Shown here one piece after another: positions 51,645 to 64,000 of a stretch of DNA of 64,000 nt. Under the pieces are notes generated by a model that saw only the letters and a program-made list of their open reading frames with translations, had not been told where the DNA came from and searched no databases. The stretch is from Candidatus Bathyarchaeota archaeon (lineage in GTDB: Archaea > Thermoproteota > Bathyarchaeia > 40CM-2-53-6). The stretch covers positions 75,671 to 139,670 of the forward strand of contig VBBN01000035.1 in the NCBI GenBank assembly GCA_005888735.1. Direction: 5' to 3'. A program made the translations under genes and the position numbers. How positions within the stretch are numbered: the stretch's first letter is position 1; the number at the start of each line of letters is the position of its first letter.

Positions 51645-53447
51645 CTACGCCGAGAGTGCCATCTTCTTTCTGACCTCCGGAATCCGAGTTTCTGGATGGC
51701 AGACAATCTCCATGTCGAACAGATTCTCGAACGTTGACACAGTTTTTTGATCGTGCGCTCCAGGATTCATGAGGTAGACAGCTGTAATCTTGTCCGATAT
51801 CATCAGCTCTAGAGATTGGCGGACGAACGATTGAGTTTTGTCGGCTCCCATTGTGAAGACATAGTGGGACATGTTATCGAAGATTACGGTAAAAGAAGCG
51901 CCCTTGTATGTCTCGATAGTTTTGTTGAGTGCGTCTAGCAAGAGGGAGGTATCAAAGGCAGGCAAGAGGAATCGGTCGCGGGCCTCCAGTTTCGGATATG
52001 AAACCTTGGATGTCAGGATGAACACTTTCAATCTCGGTTCCTCTCCGACGAGAGCGTAGACTGGGCTATCCTTTCTCGTGAAGACGACAATTCCTTCGAA
52101 GTTCGAAGTCGATTCTGCCACGAGAGAGCGAATTACCCTGTCGTAGTCAGAGAGGGGATCGTATTCGAGTAGAATCTTCCGTCCTGCTATTTCTTGATGG
52201 GAAAGTCCTACCCCTTTTGAAAAAGTCTCGATTCCCTCTGTTAGGTCAATGACTTGCACTCGGGACTTCAAAAGGTCGAGTGCATCCTGTTGACCTTGAA
52301 AAGCGCCAGCTTGAAACATCATCATAATATCCAGAAAGTGATCGCTTGTTGACCATCGAGGACTTGCCAGATGGTCGGCAAACCTTTGCCAAGGTTTCGG
52401 AGCATAGTCCCCAAAATCGATTATCAATCGGAGCGCGTTCTTGTCCGTGGCTCTTGCCTCTGAGACGAGCTGTTGAGAGAAAGATAGTGCTGCTTCCTCG
52501 TCAAGCCTTCCCCCATTTTCATAGAGACTGCCCAGTGAGATGAAACGAAGGTCTCCTTTTGTGATAAGGTGCCGCACATTAACACCTTCCTTGGTGAGGT
52601 GTTCGCGAATCACGGATTCGTCGTCGTGAAAGAAGAATACGATTCGAGCATTCTGGGTCAAGCCCTCATTGATGTAGCGGGAGACCGGCGCCACCCTCTC
52701 CCTATTGTTGGAATAGATGACCGCTATGCGGTCTGTTAGCTTCAATCCTAGATGTGTGGGACCTGAAGTCAGGAAGGCCTTGAGGAAGCTTGGTTTTCGG
52801 AAAGCGTTGACTACGACCGCCAGTAGTGCGGTGGAAACTAGATTAGCGACGCCTTCTAGGCTGACCCCTAGGGTGTTCAGAGCGCCTGCTGCTAGTATGA
52901 GGGTTGAAATGAATCCGAATATTGTGGCAATTACCCATAGTGCTGACCGGACTTCCTCGTCTTTGAGCTGGGATCTTAAGTAACCAAGTACTATCAGCGG
53001 ATATCCGACGAAGGCTACAATTACGCTGGTTCCAATGGCTAGAAACAGCGGACTGTAGCCGACAACTCTGAATGGAGTACCTGAAAGTAGATAATCAGCC
53101 GTCTTCGTCGGACTGGTGTCAAACGCTTGGGGGAGAGCCCAGGATACTGTCAGCGTTGTTATCAGGGGAATCAGATAGACTATGAAGATGTAGTGAATGC
53201 GTCGGCTTGGCCTCAGTATCGAGCTTAGTGAGAACCGTTCAGGATGAAGGTAAAGCCTAGTAGCGAGATATCCCCACAATACCGCGATAAGGACGGCGCT
53301 AAGGATCATTATTTGAGTCGAGAATAACAGCACATCTTTGTCGGGGTCCGTTAAAAGGACGAGCTCTCTGGCCGGAAACGCCAGGAACGCAACGTAGATC
53401 GCGATGAAGTAGTTGCGATACGGCCTAAAGTAGGACGTAGAGTTCAT
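51645..53447 (-). CDS. membrane protein with about 7 TM helices and a roughly 300-aa cytoplasmic C-terminal domain, possibly DUF835-like
   Basis: Hydrophobic N-terminal half. The C-terminal half has two similar alpha/beta modules. Confidence 0.35.
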   Translation of the reverse strand: MNSTSYFRPYRNYFIAIYVAFLAFPARELVLLTDPDKDVLLFSTQIMILSAVLIAVLWGYLATRLYLHPERFSLSSILRPSRRIHYIFIVYLIPLITTLTVSWALPQAFDTSPTKTADYLLSGTPFRVVGYSPLFLAIGTSVIVAFVGYPLIVLGYLRSQLKDEEVRSALWVIATIFGFISTLILAAGALNTLGVSLEGVANLVSTALLAVVVNAFRKPSFLKAFLTSGPTHLGLKLTDRIAVIYSNNRERVAPVSRYINEGLTQNARIVFFFHDDESVIREHLTKEGVNVRHLITKGDLRFISLGSLYENGGRLDEEAALSFSQQLVSEARATDKNALRLIIDFGDYAPKPWQRFADHLASPRWSTSDHFLDIMMMFQAGAFQGQQDALDLLKSRVQVIDLTEGIETFSKGVGLSHQEIAGRKILLEYDPLSDYDRVIRSLVAESTSNFEGIVVFTRKDSPVYALVGEEPRLKVFILTSKVSYPKLEARDRFLLPAFDTSLLLDALNKTIETYKGASFTVIFDNMSHYVFTMGADKTQSFVRQSLELMISDKITAVYLMNPGAHDQKTVSTFENLFDMEIVCHPETRIPEVRKKMALSA

Positions 53448-53654
53448 GTAGAGAAAGAGAATTATCGGCGCGTCCGCTATTACGGCGGCAACATTTAGAG
53501 CTACGTCTACGGTAGGAATCGTATTCTTCAGCCTCTAGTTTTGCAAACGCCAGCATTTTCTCCCGCCGGCTTCGCACCCTCCTGAGGAGGGCGACACTCA
53601 GAGCGCTGGCTGGTTAGAATCTTGTTACCAAAGAGCCCAAGCAGCAGTTACCGA

Positions 53655-54683
53655 CTAGGCGACTTCGGGCAGTCCGAGGGATTTGGCTGCCGCCTTGAGA
53701 TCCCGCATTCTACTTCGTATCGTGACTTCTGAGACGCCTGCCGCTTTAGCAAGGTCTCTCTGCATTACCATCGACCCCCTGATACGTGCAGCGAGGTCCA
53801 ACGCCGCAGCTGCGAGTCCGTCGGGGTCCTTGCCAACATTCACGCGCAGCCGTATTGCTTCGCGGAGAATCTTTCCCGCAAGCATTTCTGTCTGCGAGTC
53901 CGCTCCTGCTCTAGACGATATCTTGGAGACCCGTTTCAGCGGGTCTTCGATGGCCATTGTTACGTCTAGAGATCGGACTAGTGCTCGATAATAGTGAGCT
54001 AGAAGCTTCCGGCTCATCCCGGAGGCCTTAGCTATCTCGCTTAGGGAGCGCGGAACATCTGTTAGTCTGCACGCAGCGTAGGTTGACGCCGCTACCATAC
54101 CATTGATCGGACGACCTCTAACGAGCCCCTTGTTCAAGGCCCGACGATACATTAACGCCGCTCGTTCTGTTACAACCTCAGGAAGGTTCAGCCGCCCGGC
54201 AAGTCCTCGAAGCTGGCTCATGGCTCGCGAGAGGTTTCGCGCCATGGAGGAGCCTGCTGAGGCTCTTAGCTGAGTACGTCTTAGTCGCCAGAGTTGGAGT
54301 CGTTCGTCGGCGCTCAGCGACCTGTTCGATGCCTGGGCCCTCGAGATTATTGTGGAGAGGTTCTTGTCAAAGGCTGAGAATCGTCCGGGGGGCCCGGACT
54401 GGCTCTCTAGTAGTCCTTCCTCGGTGCGTCGGGGGACTGGGGGGGCATACTGTTCGGTCGGGTCGGACAGGACGAAGCCGCAGTTTGTGCATATGACCTC
54501 GCCCGTTTCAGCGTCCCTGACTAGGCTGGAGCTTCCGCACTGGGGGCATACGTAGTGGCCGACTTCGTCTCTAGTCTTTGGCCTTCTACTCATTATGGTG
54601 CCCGCCGCCGGGAATGACTGCGGAGCCTTGGCTGGGAGGACTCCGGTTTTCCGTTCCTGGGTAACGCTGGAGGTCCCTGCCAT
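53655..54683 (-). CDS. tfb: transcription initiation factor TFB/TFIIB. A possible 30-aa N-terminal extension is present, or the start may be the internal Met at 54593.
   Basis: Zn ribbon CPQCGSSSLVRDAETGEVICTNCG, B-finger region and two cyclin repeats. Confidence 0.85.
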   Translation of the reverse strand: MAGTSSVTQERKTGVLPAKAPQSFPAAGTIMSRRPKTRDEVGHYVCPQCGSSSLVRDAETGEVICTNCGFVLSDPTEQYAPPVPRRTEEGLLESQSGPPGRFSAFDKNLSTIISRAQASNRSLSADERLQLWRLRRTQLRASAGSSMARNLSRAMSQLRGLAGRLNLPEVVTERAALMYRRALNKGLVRGRPINGMVAASTYAACRLTDVPRSLSEIAKASGMSRKLLAHYYRALVRSLDVTMAIEDPLKRVSKISSRAGADSQTEMLAGKILREAIRLRVNVGKDPDGLAAAALDLAARIRGSMVMQRDLAKAAGVSEVTIRSRMRDLKAAAKSLGLPEVA

Positions 54684-54741
54684 TGCTGGTTTATCTAGTG
54701 CCGGGTGCCCCTCATGAAGCTTGTTACCCCTTTAAAGGTCG

Positions 54742-55143
54742 ATGGCAATGCCCAACGAGTACGTTCCAGGAAAATGTAACATCGGGCACAGGGGACGGGC
54801 CACGCGATTCTCCACAGGAATTATCATACTGGGGATTTCAGGCGTCTTCGGATTCCTCTTTCTTAGGGACGCTGCTCCCAGCATTGTCCGGCTGATCCTT
54901 GTCCTACCCTTCTACGGGGGCCTGATTTCAATTCTTGAGGGAACCATGTCATTTTGCGTCTTTCACGCCGCAAGAGGTACGTACGACCTTCACGAAGAGA
55001 CATGGCGAACAGGCAGGTCTAAGACAAGGGTTGAAATCCCCTCTGACGAATGGAGAAGAGCCGACAGGCGAAAGGCTCGATTCATGCACGCAGAGGCCAT
55101 TCTAGGAGCCATTGTGTTGACGGCAGCCGTCTTCTTTGCCTAG
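54742..55143 (+). CDS. hypothetical small membrane protein
   Basis: 133 aa with 3 TM helices. Confidence 0.35.
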   Translation: MAMPNEYVPGKCNIGHRGRATRFSTGIIILGISGVFGFLFLRDAAPSIVRLILVLPFYGGLISILEGTMSFCVFHAARGTYDLHEETWRTGRSKTRVEIPSDEWRRADRRKARFMHAEAILGAIVLTAAVFFA

Positions 55144-56342
55144 GCAACCGGCAGAACAGGAGAGACCGGGATCCGTGAAGGCGAAAACCTTGCGATATCG
55201 AAACTGTTCTGCTCCCCGACCGCCAGCTCCGCTAGAAGCTTACCGATCAATATGGCGAACTTGAAACCGTGTCCTGAGAACCCGTACCCGTAAACAATGC
55301 TCGCGTGTTTAGGATCGCGGCCAATGACAAAATCAGAGTCTTTAGTCATGTCGTAGAGACAGACCTTGGTTGAGAGCACTGGTTTGTCCGCAAGTTCCGG
55401 AACGAAGCGTTGGCAGACCTTTCTGCACTCTTCGACAGTGGCTGGGTCGACAGTTCTCTCGGCTTCGCTCGGGTCGACGGGTGTCCAGACTCCTTTGTGC
55501 GACACTTTGACTCCTTCGATTCCGGCCGCTGGTAGGCCGTAATATTGGTCCGCGAAGAAGACCGGAAACTTCGGTGACCGGTAATTGCTTATTCTGGTTT
55601 CTGGGTTGAAGTAGACGACCTGCTGGCGTGTTGAGGTGATTTCCACCATGTTCTCGCGGCGTAGCGGGTTGGACCAGGGTCCGGCGGCTATGACTGCAGC
55701 ACCGCATTTGACGTCACTTGCGTTTTTCGTCTGAATTATCACCGAACTATCTGAGGCGATTGATGTGACATGCGTGTTGTCGAGAATTTGAACGCCGCTT
55801 TCTCTCGCTCGGGAGGATAACAGGCTGAGACACTTCGAGGCGAGGAGCGTGCCAGCATTTGGATCGAAAACCGCCTCGGTCGATGCGAACTGTGGGAAGC
55901 GTCTCTTCATGTCTCGAGCCTCAAGCCATTCTGCACCGAGCTTGCTTTGGGTGAGGGTGCGGTAACTGCTCTTGTTGAAATTGTTCGAGTTCTCGTCTTC
56001 TCCCATAAGCATGAGCAGACCGGAGGGAGCGAGAAGACTCTCTCCTGTCTCCTTTTCCAGGCTTACCCATAACCTGCGGCTTTCGACCGCCATTTTGGTG
56101 TAGAAGACGTTCGCACCATAGGAGTACCGGAAAACACGATTTGCATCGTTTGAGCTGCAGTAGCTGTTCAACAATGAGTACTGGTCGATGAGGATCGTCT
56201 TGAGGCTAGGATTCTTGCTGAGCCAGTACGCCGCTGCAGAACCCATTATCCCAGCTCCAACGATACAAACGTCGGCTTCGATCATTGTGCTTCGAAACAA
56301 TGCATGCATCAGCCTCTTATCACACTTCACGTGACCTAGCAC
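55140..56342 (-). CDS. FAD-dependent amino-acid oxidase, monomeric sarcosine oxidase/DAO family
   Basis: VCIVGAGIMGSAAAYWL...GYGFSGHGFKF. The ORF extends to 56591, but the likely start is near MHALFRS. Confidence 0.6.
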   Translation of the reverse strand: MLGHVKCDKRLMHALFRSTMIEADVCIVGAGIMGSAAAYWLSKNPSLKTILIDQYSLLNSYCSSNDANRVFRYSYGANVFYTKMAVESRRLWVSLEKETGESLLAPSGLLMLMGEDENSNNFNKSSYRTLTQSKLGAEWLEARDMKRRFPQFASTEAVFDPNAGTLLASKCLSLLSSRARESGVQILDNTHVTSIASDSSVIIQTKNASDVKCGAAVIAAGPWSNPLRRENMVEITSTRQQVVYFNPETRISNYRSPKFPVFFADQYYGLPAAGIEGVKVSHKGVWTPVDPSEAERTVDPATVEECRKVCQRFVPELADKPVLSTKVCLYDMTKDSDFVIGRDPKHASIVYGYGFSGHGFKFAILIGKLLAELAVGEQNSFDIARFSPSRIPVSPVLPVA

Positions 56343-56527
56343 TCCCGGAAGGGCAACACAATCGCTCAGCCGTGGTAACAGAAGGAAGAAAAGAGGTTCA
56401 GTCGACGAAAATATTGTCGGGCCAGAATCGCCCCGCCATTCGCGTGTAATAGTCAATGCTGAACCTGGCGATGAAATACATAGCGCTGTTGAGAGCAGGT
56501 TCCCGAAGGTGGATGTAGGCGGGACCC

Positions 56528-57187
56528 ATGTCATTCTGGCTGAGTTCACTCGTACTCCCTGAAGACGTTCTGGAACATCTCGGGAAAGCAAGTGGTCACT
56601 TAGTTCCCTCTGACATTGAAGGACTAGTCTCCGTCCTCAGAAATCAAAGGACAATCATAGCGGCTAAGCATGAATCGTTGAAACATGATTACGAGTCGTA
56701 TTTGCGCTTCTGTACGTCGCTCGGGTTGGACCCGGGTGAGGTTCAATCCTCGGTAAGAAAGTTTGAGACTTTGAACCCCAGAGCCCTCGTTGGCACCATG
56801 GAGCCTGACGGCCAAGTTGACATTCTCAAGGGCATACCGGTCACATTTAGTGAGATGGACCGCCTCCGAGGCTTTGAGCAGACTTTGAAGGACCTGGATG
56901 GGCTAATCGACCTGCTGTCAAGGATCAGAGAACGATTCTCCGTAGGGGAGAAGAATAACGAGGACGTGTTGCGTCTGTTTATCGTATCGTCCGGAAAGGG
57001 AGTAAGCTTCAGGCTTGTCTACGAGCCTTTCTCTAGCGCGAGGATGAAACACTCTCGAGACCTTACTACAAAGAAGAGCATGAGAGTTCAGCCTAGCTCT
57101 TCAAGCAACCTTGACGTGCAACGGTGGATCGAGTATGGACAAAGAGCTCTTCTAGAAAATGCCTCTAAGGCCAGCGCAGCGGTTTAG
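56528..57187 (+). CDS. hypothetical protein
   Basis: 219-aa ORF with no motifs. Confidence 0.35.
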   Translation: MSFWLSSLVLPEDVLEHLGKASGHLVPSDIEGLVSVLRNQRTIIAAKHESLKHDYESYLRFCTSLGLDPGEVQSSVRKFETLNPRALVGTMEPDGQVDILKGIPVTFSEMDRLRGFEQTLKDLDGLIDLLSRIRERFSVGEKNNEDVLRLFIVSSGKGVSFRLVYEPFSSARMKHSRDLTTKKSMRVQPSSSSNLDVQRWIEYGQRALLENASKASAAV

Positions 57188-57209
57188 GTTCGCAGGTCGG
57201 CGACTATAC

Positions 57210-58279
57210 CTAACTGCTGGGAGATGGGTTTCTCTGCTCAAGCTCGAGGAGTGCTCTCTTTCGCTTCTCCCCCCATCGATAGCCGCGCAGCTCTCCATCG
57301 GCACCGATTATTCGGTGACACGGGATTAGGAGTGCAACATGATTTGCTGCGCATGCTCGAGCAACCGCACGAGCTCCGCGAGGATTCCCGAGGGTCCGAG
57401 CCATTGCTGAGTAGGTAGAAAGGCCGTGGCGACAACGTCAATCGGTAAGTCTTCCGGCAGTTGCTGGCCCGCGAAATATTCCTTGAACTTGGAAGCCCAT
57501 TTGAAATTGGCTTGGTCAATTCTCCGCAGCTCAGCGAGCGGATAGTCCTCTGCGAGAGCTGTTTCAACCTCAACGTCTGAATTGCCGATGCACACGGTGC
57601 ATAGGCCCCGTTCAGTGGCTCCTAGCAGCAACCGTCCGAGTGGACAGTCGATAATCGTGTATTCGATCTGATACCCGTCCCCACCCCTTCGAACCTCGCC
57701 GGGACTCATACCGAACCTGCTGTGAGTTTTTTCGTACAGCCGGCTTCTCGAGGTGAAGCCTGCGTTGTAGAGTGCCTCGGTCACAGTCTCGCCTTTCTTC
57801 AGTAAGCGTCTCATCGAGGCGAGGCGACGAGCATCCACATACTCGCGCGGTGAGATTCCTAGAGCTTTCTTGAAAGTCCTTTGCAGATAGAACGGGCTGA
57901 CTCCTACTCGTGCGCTGATGTTGGGGAGGGTGAGTTTTCCTTCGAGATGCGTGTCTATGTACTTGCAGGCCCGACCGACGAACGCCGTCTTCGACGACGT
58001 ATGGTTATCTCGCGGTTTGCAGCGCTCACATGGCCGGTATCCTGACCGTTCCGCCTCGTCTGGTTCTGCGAAGAACACGATTTGGTTTGGCCGGGCCCGC
58101 CTGGCCGGGCACGATGGTTTGCAGTAGATTCTGGTCGAGCGAACCGCGAATACGAATGAACCGTCGGTACTCGCGTCTCTCGCTTGGATCGCGGCCCATT
58201 TTTCCTCGACAGTTTGAGGAACTTCACGGTTCGGAAATGCTCGGTCTGTTTCGTCCTTGCCCTGCTGGACAGTTAGCAT
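57210..58279 (-). pseudogene. ada: Ada-like alkylation repair regulator/enzyme (N-Ada Zn domain + AraC HTH + AGT/Ogt domain) interrupted by a frameshift near 57400-57440
   Basis: Frame a carries FAVRSTRIYCKPSCPARR...GYRPCERCKP (N-Ada), ISARVGVSPFYLQRTF (AraC HTH) and the AGT N-lobe. Frame b carries STYSAMARTLGNPRGARAVARACAANHVALLIPCHRIIGADGELRGYRWG, the AGT active site PCHR. Both are required for one protein. Confidence 0.6.
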
Positions 58280-58409
58280 GCCTTGTCAACGGCCGTGACG
58301 AAATAAGTAGTTTGACTCCGAATCTTGCTGTCAAACTGCAGCAGGAGAGTGCATGGGCATTCAGGTTAGCTGTCGGCTTCGATGCGGGCATAAATACTGA
58401 GGATTCTGG

Positions 58410-58877
58410 ATGAGGTTTGTGTCTCCTGGGTGGAAGGTTAAGCCTCCGAAGACTGATTCTGAGTACTTCGAGCGTATGACCAAGGCCATTTTTACAGCCG
58501 GCCTGAGCTGGAAGATGATTGAGAACAAGTGGCCGAATTTCACAAAGCCCTTTTCAGGGTTCTCACCTATCAAAGTGAAGGGTTTCTCGGAGAAGGATAT
58601 TGGAGGATTGTTGAAGGATGAGGGTATAGTGAGGAACGAGCGGAAGATTCGTGCAACTGTGCACAACGCAAGCCAGTTTCTGCTACTGGGCAAGGAGTTT
58701 GGCTCATTCCGAGGATACCTTGACTCGTTCGGAAAAGATGAGGAGCGATTACAGACTGATCTTCGGGAGAGATTTCAACACCTAGGTCCCTCCACTGCGA
58801 GAATGTTCTTGTGGTCGTCCGGGTGCCCGCTTACTCCGAACCGTGAAGAGAAGAAATGGATGGCAAGCCACCGCTAA
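58410..58877 (+). CDS. tag: DNA-3-methyladenine glycosylase I
   Basis: YFERMTKAIFTAGLSWKMIENKW...GIVRNERKIRATVHNASQFL...FGSFRGYLDSF. Confidence 0.8.
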   Translation: MRFVSPGWKVKPPKTDSEYFERMTKAIFTAGLSWKMIENKWPNFTKPFSGFSPIKVKGFSEKDIGGLLKDEGIVRNERKIRATVHNASQFLLLGKEFGSFRGYLDSFGKDEERLQTDLRERFQHLGPSTARMFLWSSGCPLTPNREEKKWMASHR

Positions 58878-59162
58878 CCTAGCGCCATTCCAGAATCTCC
58901 ACTCTCACGTCTCAAACGGCCGCGTCCGTACCCGGTCGTTTTTTTATGAGCTGTTTTCTGTTTGGCGGAAGTTTCGGGTGATTTCCAGCTAACAGGGCGC
59001 AGAATAGGCGAGTCTAGAATTTTGACAGAGCGGAATCGTTAGCATTTTCCTTCAGACCTTCAAGGTGAGCGTAAGCAATCGATGACAAAGGCGAAACAGG
59101 GCTGATTCTGGGCTTGTGACGCTGACGGGGCCACTGGATTACTTTCGCAATTTCTAATGAGG

Positions 59163-59756
59163 CTACCTCTTCTGTCCGAGCACAAAGAGAGGGGAAGCAG
59201 GAGAGTGAACGGGATCTTGCACGGTTTTGAACCAAAGGATGTCGAATCCGCCCTCCGTCATCATCCTCAGATTCGTCCCGTCATCGTAATGGCTCCAGTA
59301 CATCTGAGCGCCATGCCAATCGTCGATATCCTCCGGGAGGTCACCAGCCCCCAGACAAAGTAAGGCTAGTCCGCTTGGTTTCAGAATCCTGTGGAAATCT
59401 CTCAGCAATTTCGAGTGTTCATTGCATGGAACGTGGATGATCGCGTAGTATGAACATAGGGCGTCAAAGATGCCGCTCGTGAACGGCATGTTCGAGAGGT
59501 CTGCACAGACGAGTCTCGTATCTAGAGCTGTTCTCTTCGCAAGGCGAAGCTGTTCCTCGGCAAAGTCAACCCCTGTAACTTGGAGGGACTTGGCGAGGAA
59601 TTGGGCTACTGGATAGCCGGAACCGCATCCGGCGTCGAGCACCATTGCCCCCTTGGGCAAGCGCCTCACAAGCAGGTTCAGGAGTTGAACGTCTTCCGAG
59701 TCAGATGTTCTGGCTGCCACACAACTCGACGCGATCTTGTTGTATTCGGCTCTCAC
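59163..59756 (-). CDS. class I SAM-dependent methyltransferase
   Basis: VLDAGCGSGYPVAQFL motif I. Confidence 0.65.
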   Translation of the reverse strand: MRAEYNKIASSCVAARTSDSEDVQLLNLLVRRLPKGAMVLDAGCGSGYPVAQFLAKSLQVTGVDFAEEQLRLAKRTALDTRLVCADLSNMPFTSGIFDALCSYYAIIHVPCNEHSKLLRDFHRILKPSGLALLCLGAGDLPEDIDDWHGAQMYWSHYDDGTNLRMMTEGGFDILWFKTVQDPVHSPASPLFVLGQKR

Positions 59757-60152
59757 AAGTCCTTAGCGTCCACGCCGATGCCTCCTCAATTATCGAGCTT
59801 TATTGAACACCATTGGTGCGGGGTGGGATTCGCGCACCAGTTTACCGGTAGATATAAGCCGGGGTGACCTTGGTCATGCTTTTGACCAGAATCCAGGCAG
59901 AGGTCCGAATCCGCCGCGATTCATACCCGAACGGGTATGCGTCCTAGTTTCAAGGGAATGACGGGCCCGGAGGTAATAGGTAATGGTAAAGACATCAGCA
60001 GTCGTGATGGACCCACATCTTTCAATGGTAAGGCGGAACGTGTAATCATAAAGACGCTGCCCTAGTTCCCGCACAGGTATTCTTTGACGATGTTCTATTG
60101 AATACGCGTTGGGCAGACTACTCACGAAGAGTCATAGTATGAACGGTCGGTA

Positions 60153-60758
60153 TTAGGACAATTGGAGGGATTCTTCTTTGATTCCCTGTTCAGTGATGAC
60201 CATCAAGTCCACACCGTCCCCGCTGGATATGTCTCTGGCCATTGCAGATTTTACAGCCCTAAGGAGCACAGGCTTTGCTTCGTCAACAGACAATCCTTCA
60301 TCGTATTCTGATTCCAGAACACCTATCGCGATTGGGGCCCCTGTTCCTACTGCCGCGTACTTGTCCGAGAGAATAGACCCTATAGGGTCTAACACGTAGA
60401 GCTCGGGTTTTCCGTCGCTCGTACCAGCGATAATCGCCTCGGCAAGGTAGGGAAACATGCGACGGCTAGAGAGCAGATTGGCGATGAGCTTGGCCGTGTT
60501 CTTCACAGTCCCCGGCCTATCCCTTTCGTACTAGTAGATTTTCATGTAGGCCCGAGCTTCCCTGGTCAGGACCTGCATATCACCCACAATGCCCGCGCAG
60601 GCGACGCCAATGTTGTCCGTAATACTGAAGACCTTCTTCGCGCCCTTACTCATGATGAAGGTCCCATACGCATACCGACGTTCAGAGGCCAGTAGAACTC
60701 CATCTTTGGAAACCATGCCAATTGTAGTCGCATCTGGCATGAAGCGCTCTTCACTCAT
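60153..60758 (-). pseudogene. psmB: proteasome beta subunit (PsmB) with an in-frame TAG (amber) codon at complement(60531..60533)
   Basis: N-terminal ORF MSEERFMPDA|TTIGMV...VGDMQVLTREARAYMKIY. It is followed in the same frame by TAG, then YERDRPGTVKNTAKLIANLL...GTGAPIAIGVLESEY. The alignment with proteasome beta is continuous, and the TAG replaces a conserved Arg/Lys position. Confidence 0.6.
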
Positions 60759-61041
60759 AAGAAAGGACGGCGGGAACCCACCCCGTCCTGCTTTAAAGAT
60801 AGCGACGCGTGCAAGTCGGGTGGGCAGGAAGGATTCTCGAATACTTGGCTCTCAATTTCGTGCTACGAACTCAAACAAGTGCTAGACTTGCGAAGCCTGC
60901 GCATTCTTGTCTTGGTCGTTTCCTCGAACAAGAGTAATCTGTGTGTGGAAGAGACGAAGAGACGAAGGTTAGTTGCATAGTTGGGAGTCCGACCTCTGGA
61001 CAAATCATCAACCTCGCACATAAAGCTGCTTTCAAGCCCTC

Positions 61042-61380
61042 ATGAGTGGTAAGTTCAAGATAGCGCAAAGGATGGAGGAAACTGGATGTCGAAATGTCCT
61101 TTTGAACATGACAGAAGGATCGGGACGAAAGTTGGTAAAGGTACGAGTCGCGTTGCGATCACAATCGGGGCTCACAATGAACGCTGTACGTGTGACTGTG
61201 AATGGTGTGCTAATAGGAAGAAAAGATTCCCGGTCGGAGGATTTCACTTACGCAACTGAGCCCGTTGCTCTCATCGGCGAAGGGGCACCGGAAACACCTC
61301 TGCCATCTTCAGTAGCTTCCGAAACCTTCTTCATTCAGGATTTTCCTCTGGCCCTACGAGAACCCCTCGACCAAGCCTAA
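61042..61380 (+). CDS. hypothetical protein
   Basis: 112-aa ORF with no motifs. Confidence 0.3.
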   Translation: MSGKFKIAQRMEETGCRNVLLNMTEGSGRKLVKVRVALRSQSGLTMNAVRVTVNGVLIGRKDSRSEDFTYATEPVALIGEGAPETPLPSSVASETFFIQDFPLALREPLDQA

Positions 61381-62021
61381 ATGTACAACTCCAGGTTCTT
61401 GCATTTCGTCCCCGATCACCTAAAACAGGAGCGAAACGTGCCACGGGTCAAATAGTACTGACTCATTCTTCAAACCTCTGGGCCTCTGCCTTTTCATAGG
61501 CAAGGTAGCCCCCAAATAGCAAGATTTCCAAAGTCGAATTGTACTATTGACCCGTTAGTACTCATTTAGGCTGTTCACCAATCTATTGTCCCCCTTATCG
61601 ACCCCTCGTTTACTGGCCATTCTGAACAGAGCAATCTCGTCTAACCTCTCCTGGCTTCCATAACAGTCATCGTTGGCGAGTTTTAATCGCCTTCCGGTTT
61701 CGAATGCCCGGGCATTTTGTTTCCCGAAGACCCGTATTCCGGCTTTGGCCTCCACCAAGCCTTGCCTGAATTCGCTCGCTACATGCTGCCTTTCTTTGAA
61801 GATTTCTTCTTTCCTTTCTTCTTCGTCGGCATCTACTTTTTCACCTAACCCAAGTCTTTCAACCTTGCTTAAGACGCCTTCGTACTGGGAATCGTCAGTG
61901 TCGATTCTCCGGAGAAATTGGAACTATGGAGGTTGGCTCCGCTGATCAGCAAGCCGCATCCGGAACGCTGAGGTGAAATAGGACGGATGAAACACAAGGT
62001 TGGGAGTATCTGGGGCATTAA

Positions 62022-64000
<1,979 letters not shown>

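Noticed and set aside
60531-60533. TAG reassigned as a sense codon genome-wide (genetic code change or pyrrolysine organism)
   Set aside because: TAG terminates several well-supported genes in this window: atpD at 15609-15611, the MTase at 18238-18240, cdc48 at 18838-18840 and the gene ending at 51630. This is normal stop usage.
61673-61945. 90-aa plus-strand ORF
   Set aside because: Ser/Leu low-complexity translation of a CT-rich stretch. No start context.

Overview
This 64 kb window is an archaeal chromosome segment with moderately high GC. It looks like a TACK/Thermoproteales-like lineage, because it carries a multi-intron tRNA and an isolated A1AO ATP synthase A-B-D cluster. Both strands are densely coding. 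The recognisable genes are: an Lhr-type helicase truncated at the window start; a SWIM zinc-finger protein; a metallophosphoesterase; tRNA-Pro(UGG) with two introns and an encoded CCA, followed by tandem partial copies of its 3' end that bracket two small accessory islets; A-ATPase A (with a LAGLIDADG intein), B and D; an ornithine cyclodeaminase-like enzyme; Alba; a SPPY-motif DNA methyltransferase; two CDC48/VAT AAA ATPases; a roughly 1135-aa FtsX-type permease; Hjc; a MoxR-DUF58 operon; a PduO-type cobalamin adenosyltransferase; a PflA-like radical SAM enzyme interrupted by a second LAGLIDADG intein; a Bcp peroxiredoxin; a B12-binding radical SAM protein; a ZIP transporter; a UbiA prenyltransferase plus geranylgeranyl reductase; a stand-alone LigD 3'-phosphoesterase domain; a membrane-anchored cupredoxin surface protein; a CPA2 antiporter; HtrA; a terpene-synthase-like protein; TFB; an FAD oxidase; an alkylation-repair pair (Ada-AraC-AGT with a frameshift, plus Tag); and a proteasome beta subunit carrying an in-frame TAG codon. 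No rRNA or CRISPR array was seen. The most unusual items are: the tRNA-Pro integration hotspot with a membrane-fused nucleotidyltransferase; a conserved roughly 120-nt intergenic element present twice; the intein-containing radical SAM gene; and the amber-interrupted psmB. All calls rest on reading translated motifs by eye; nothing was searched against a database.
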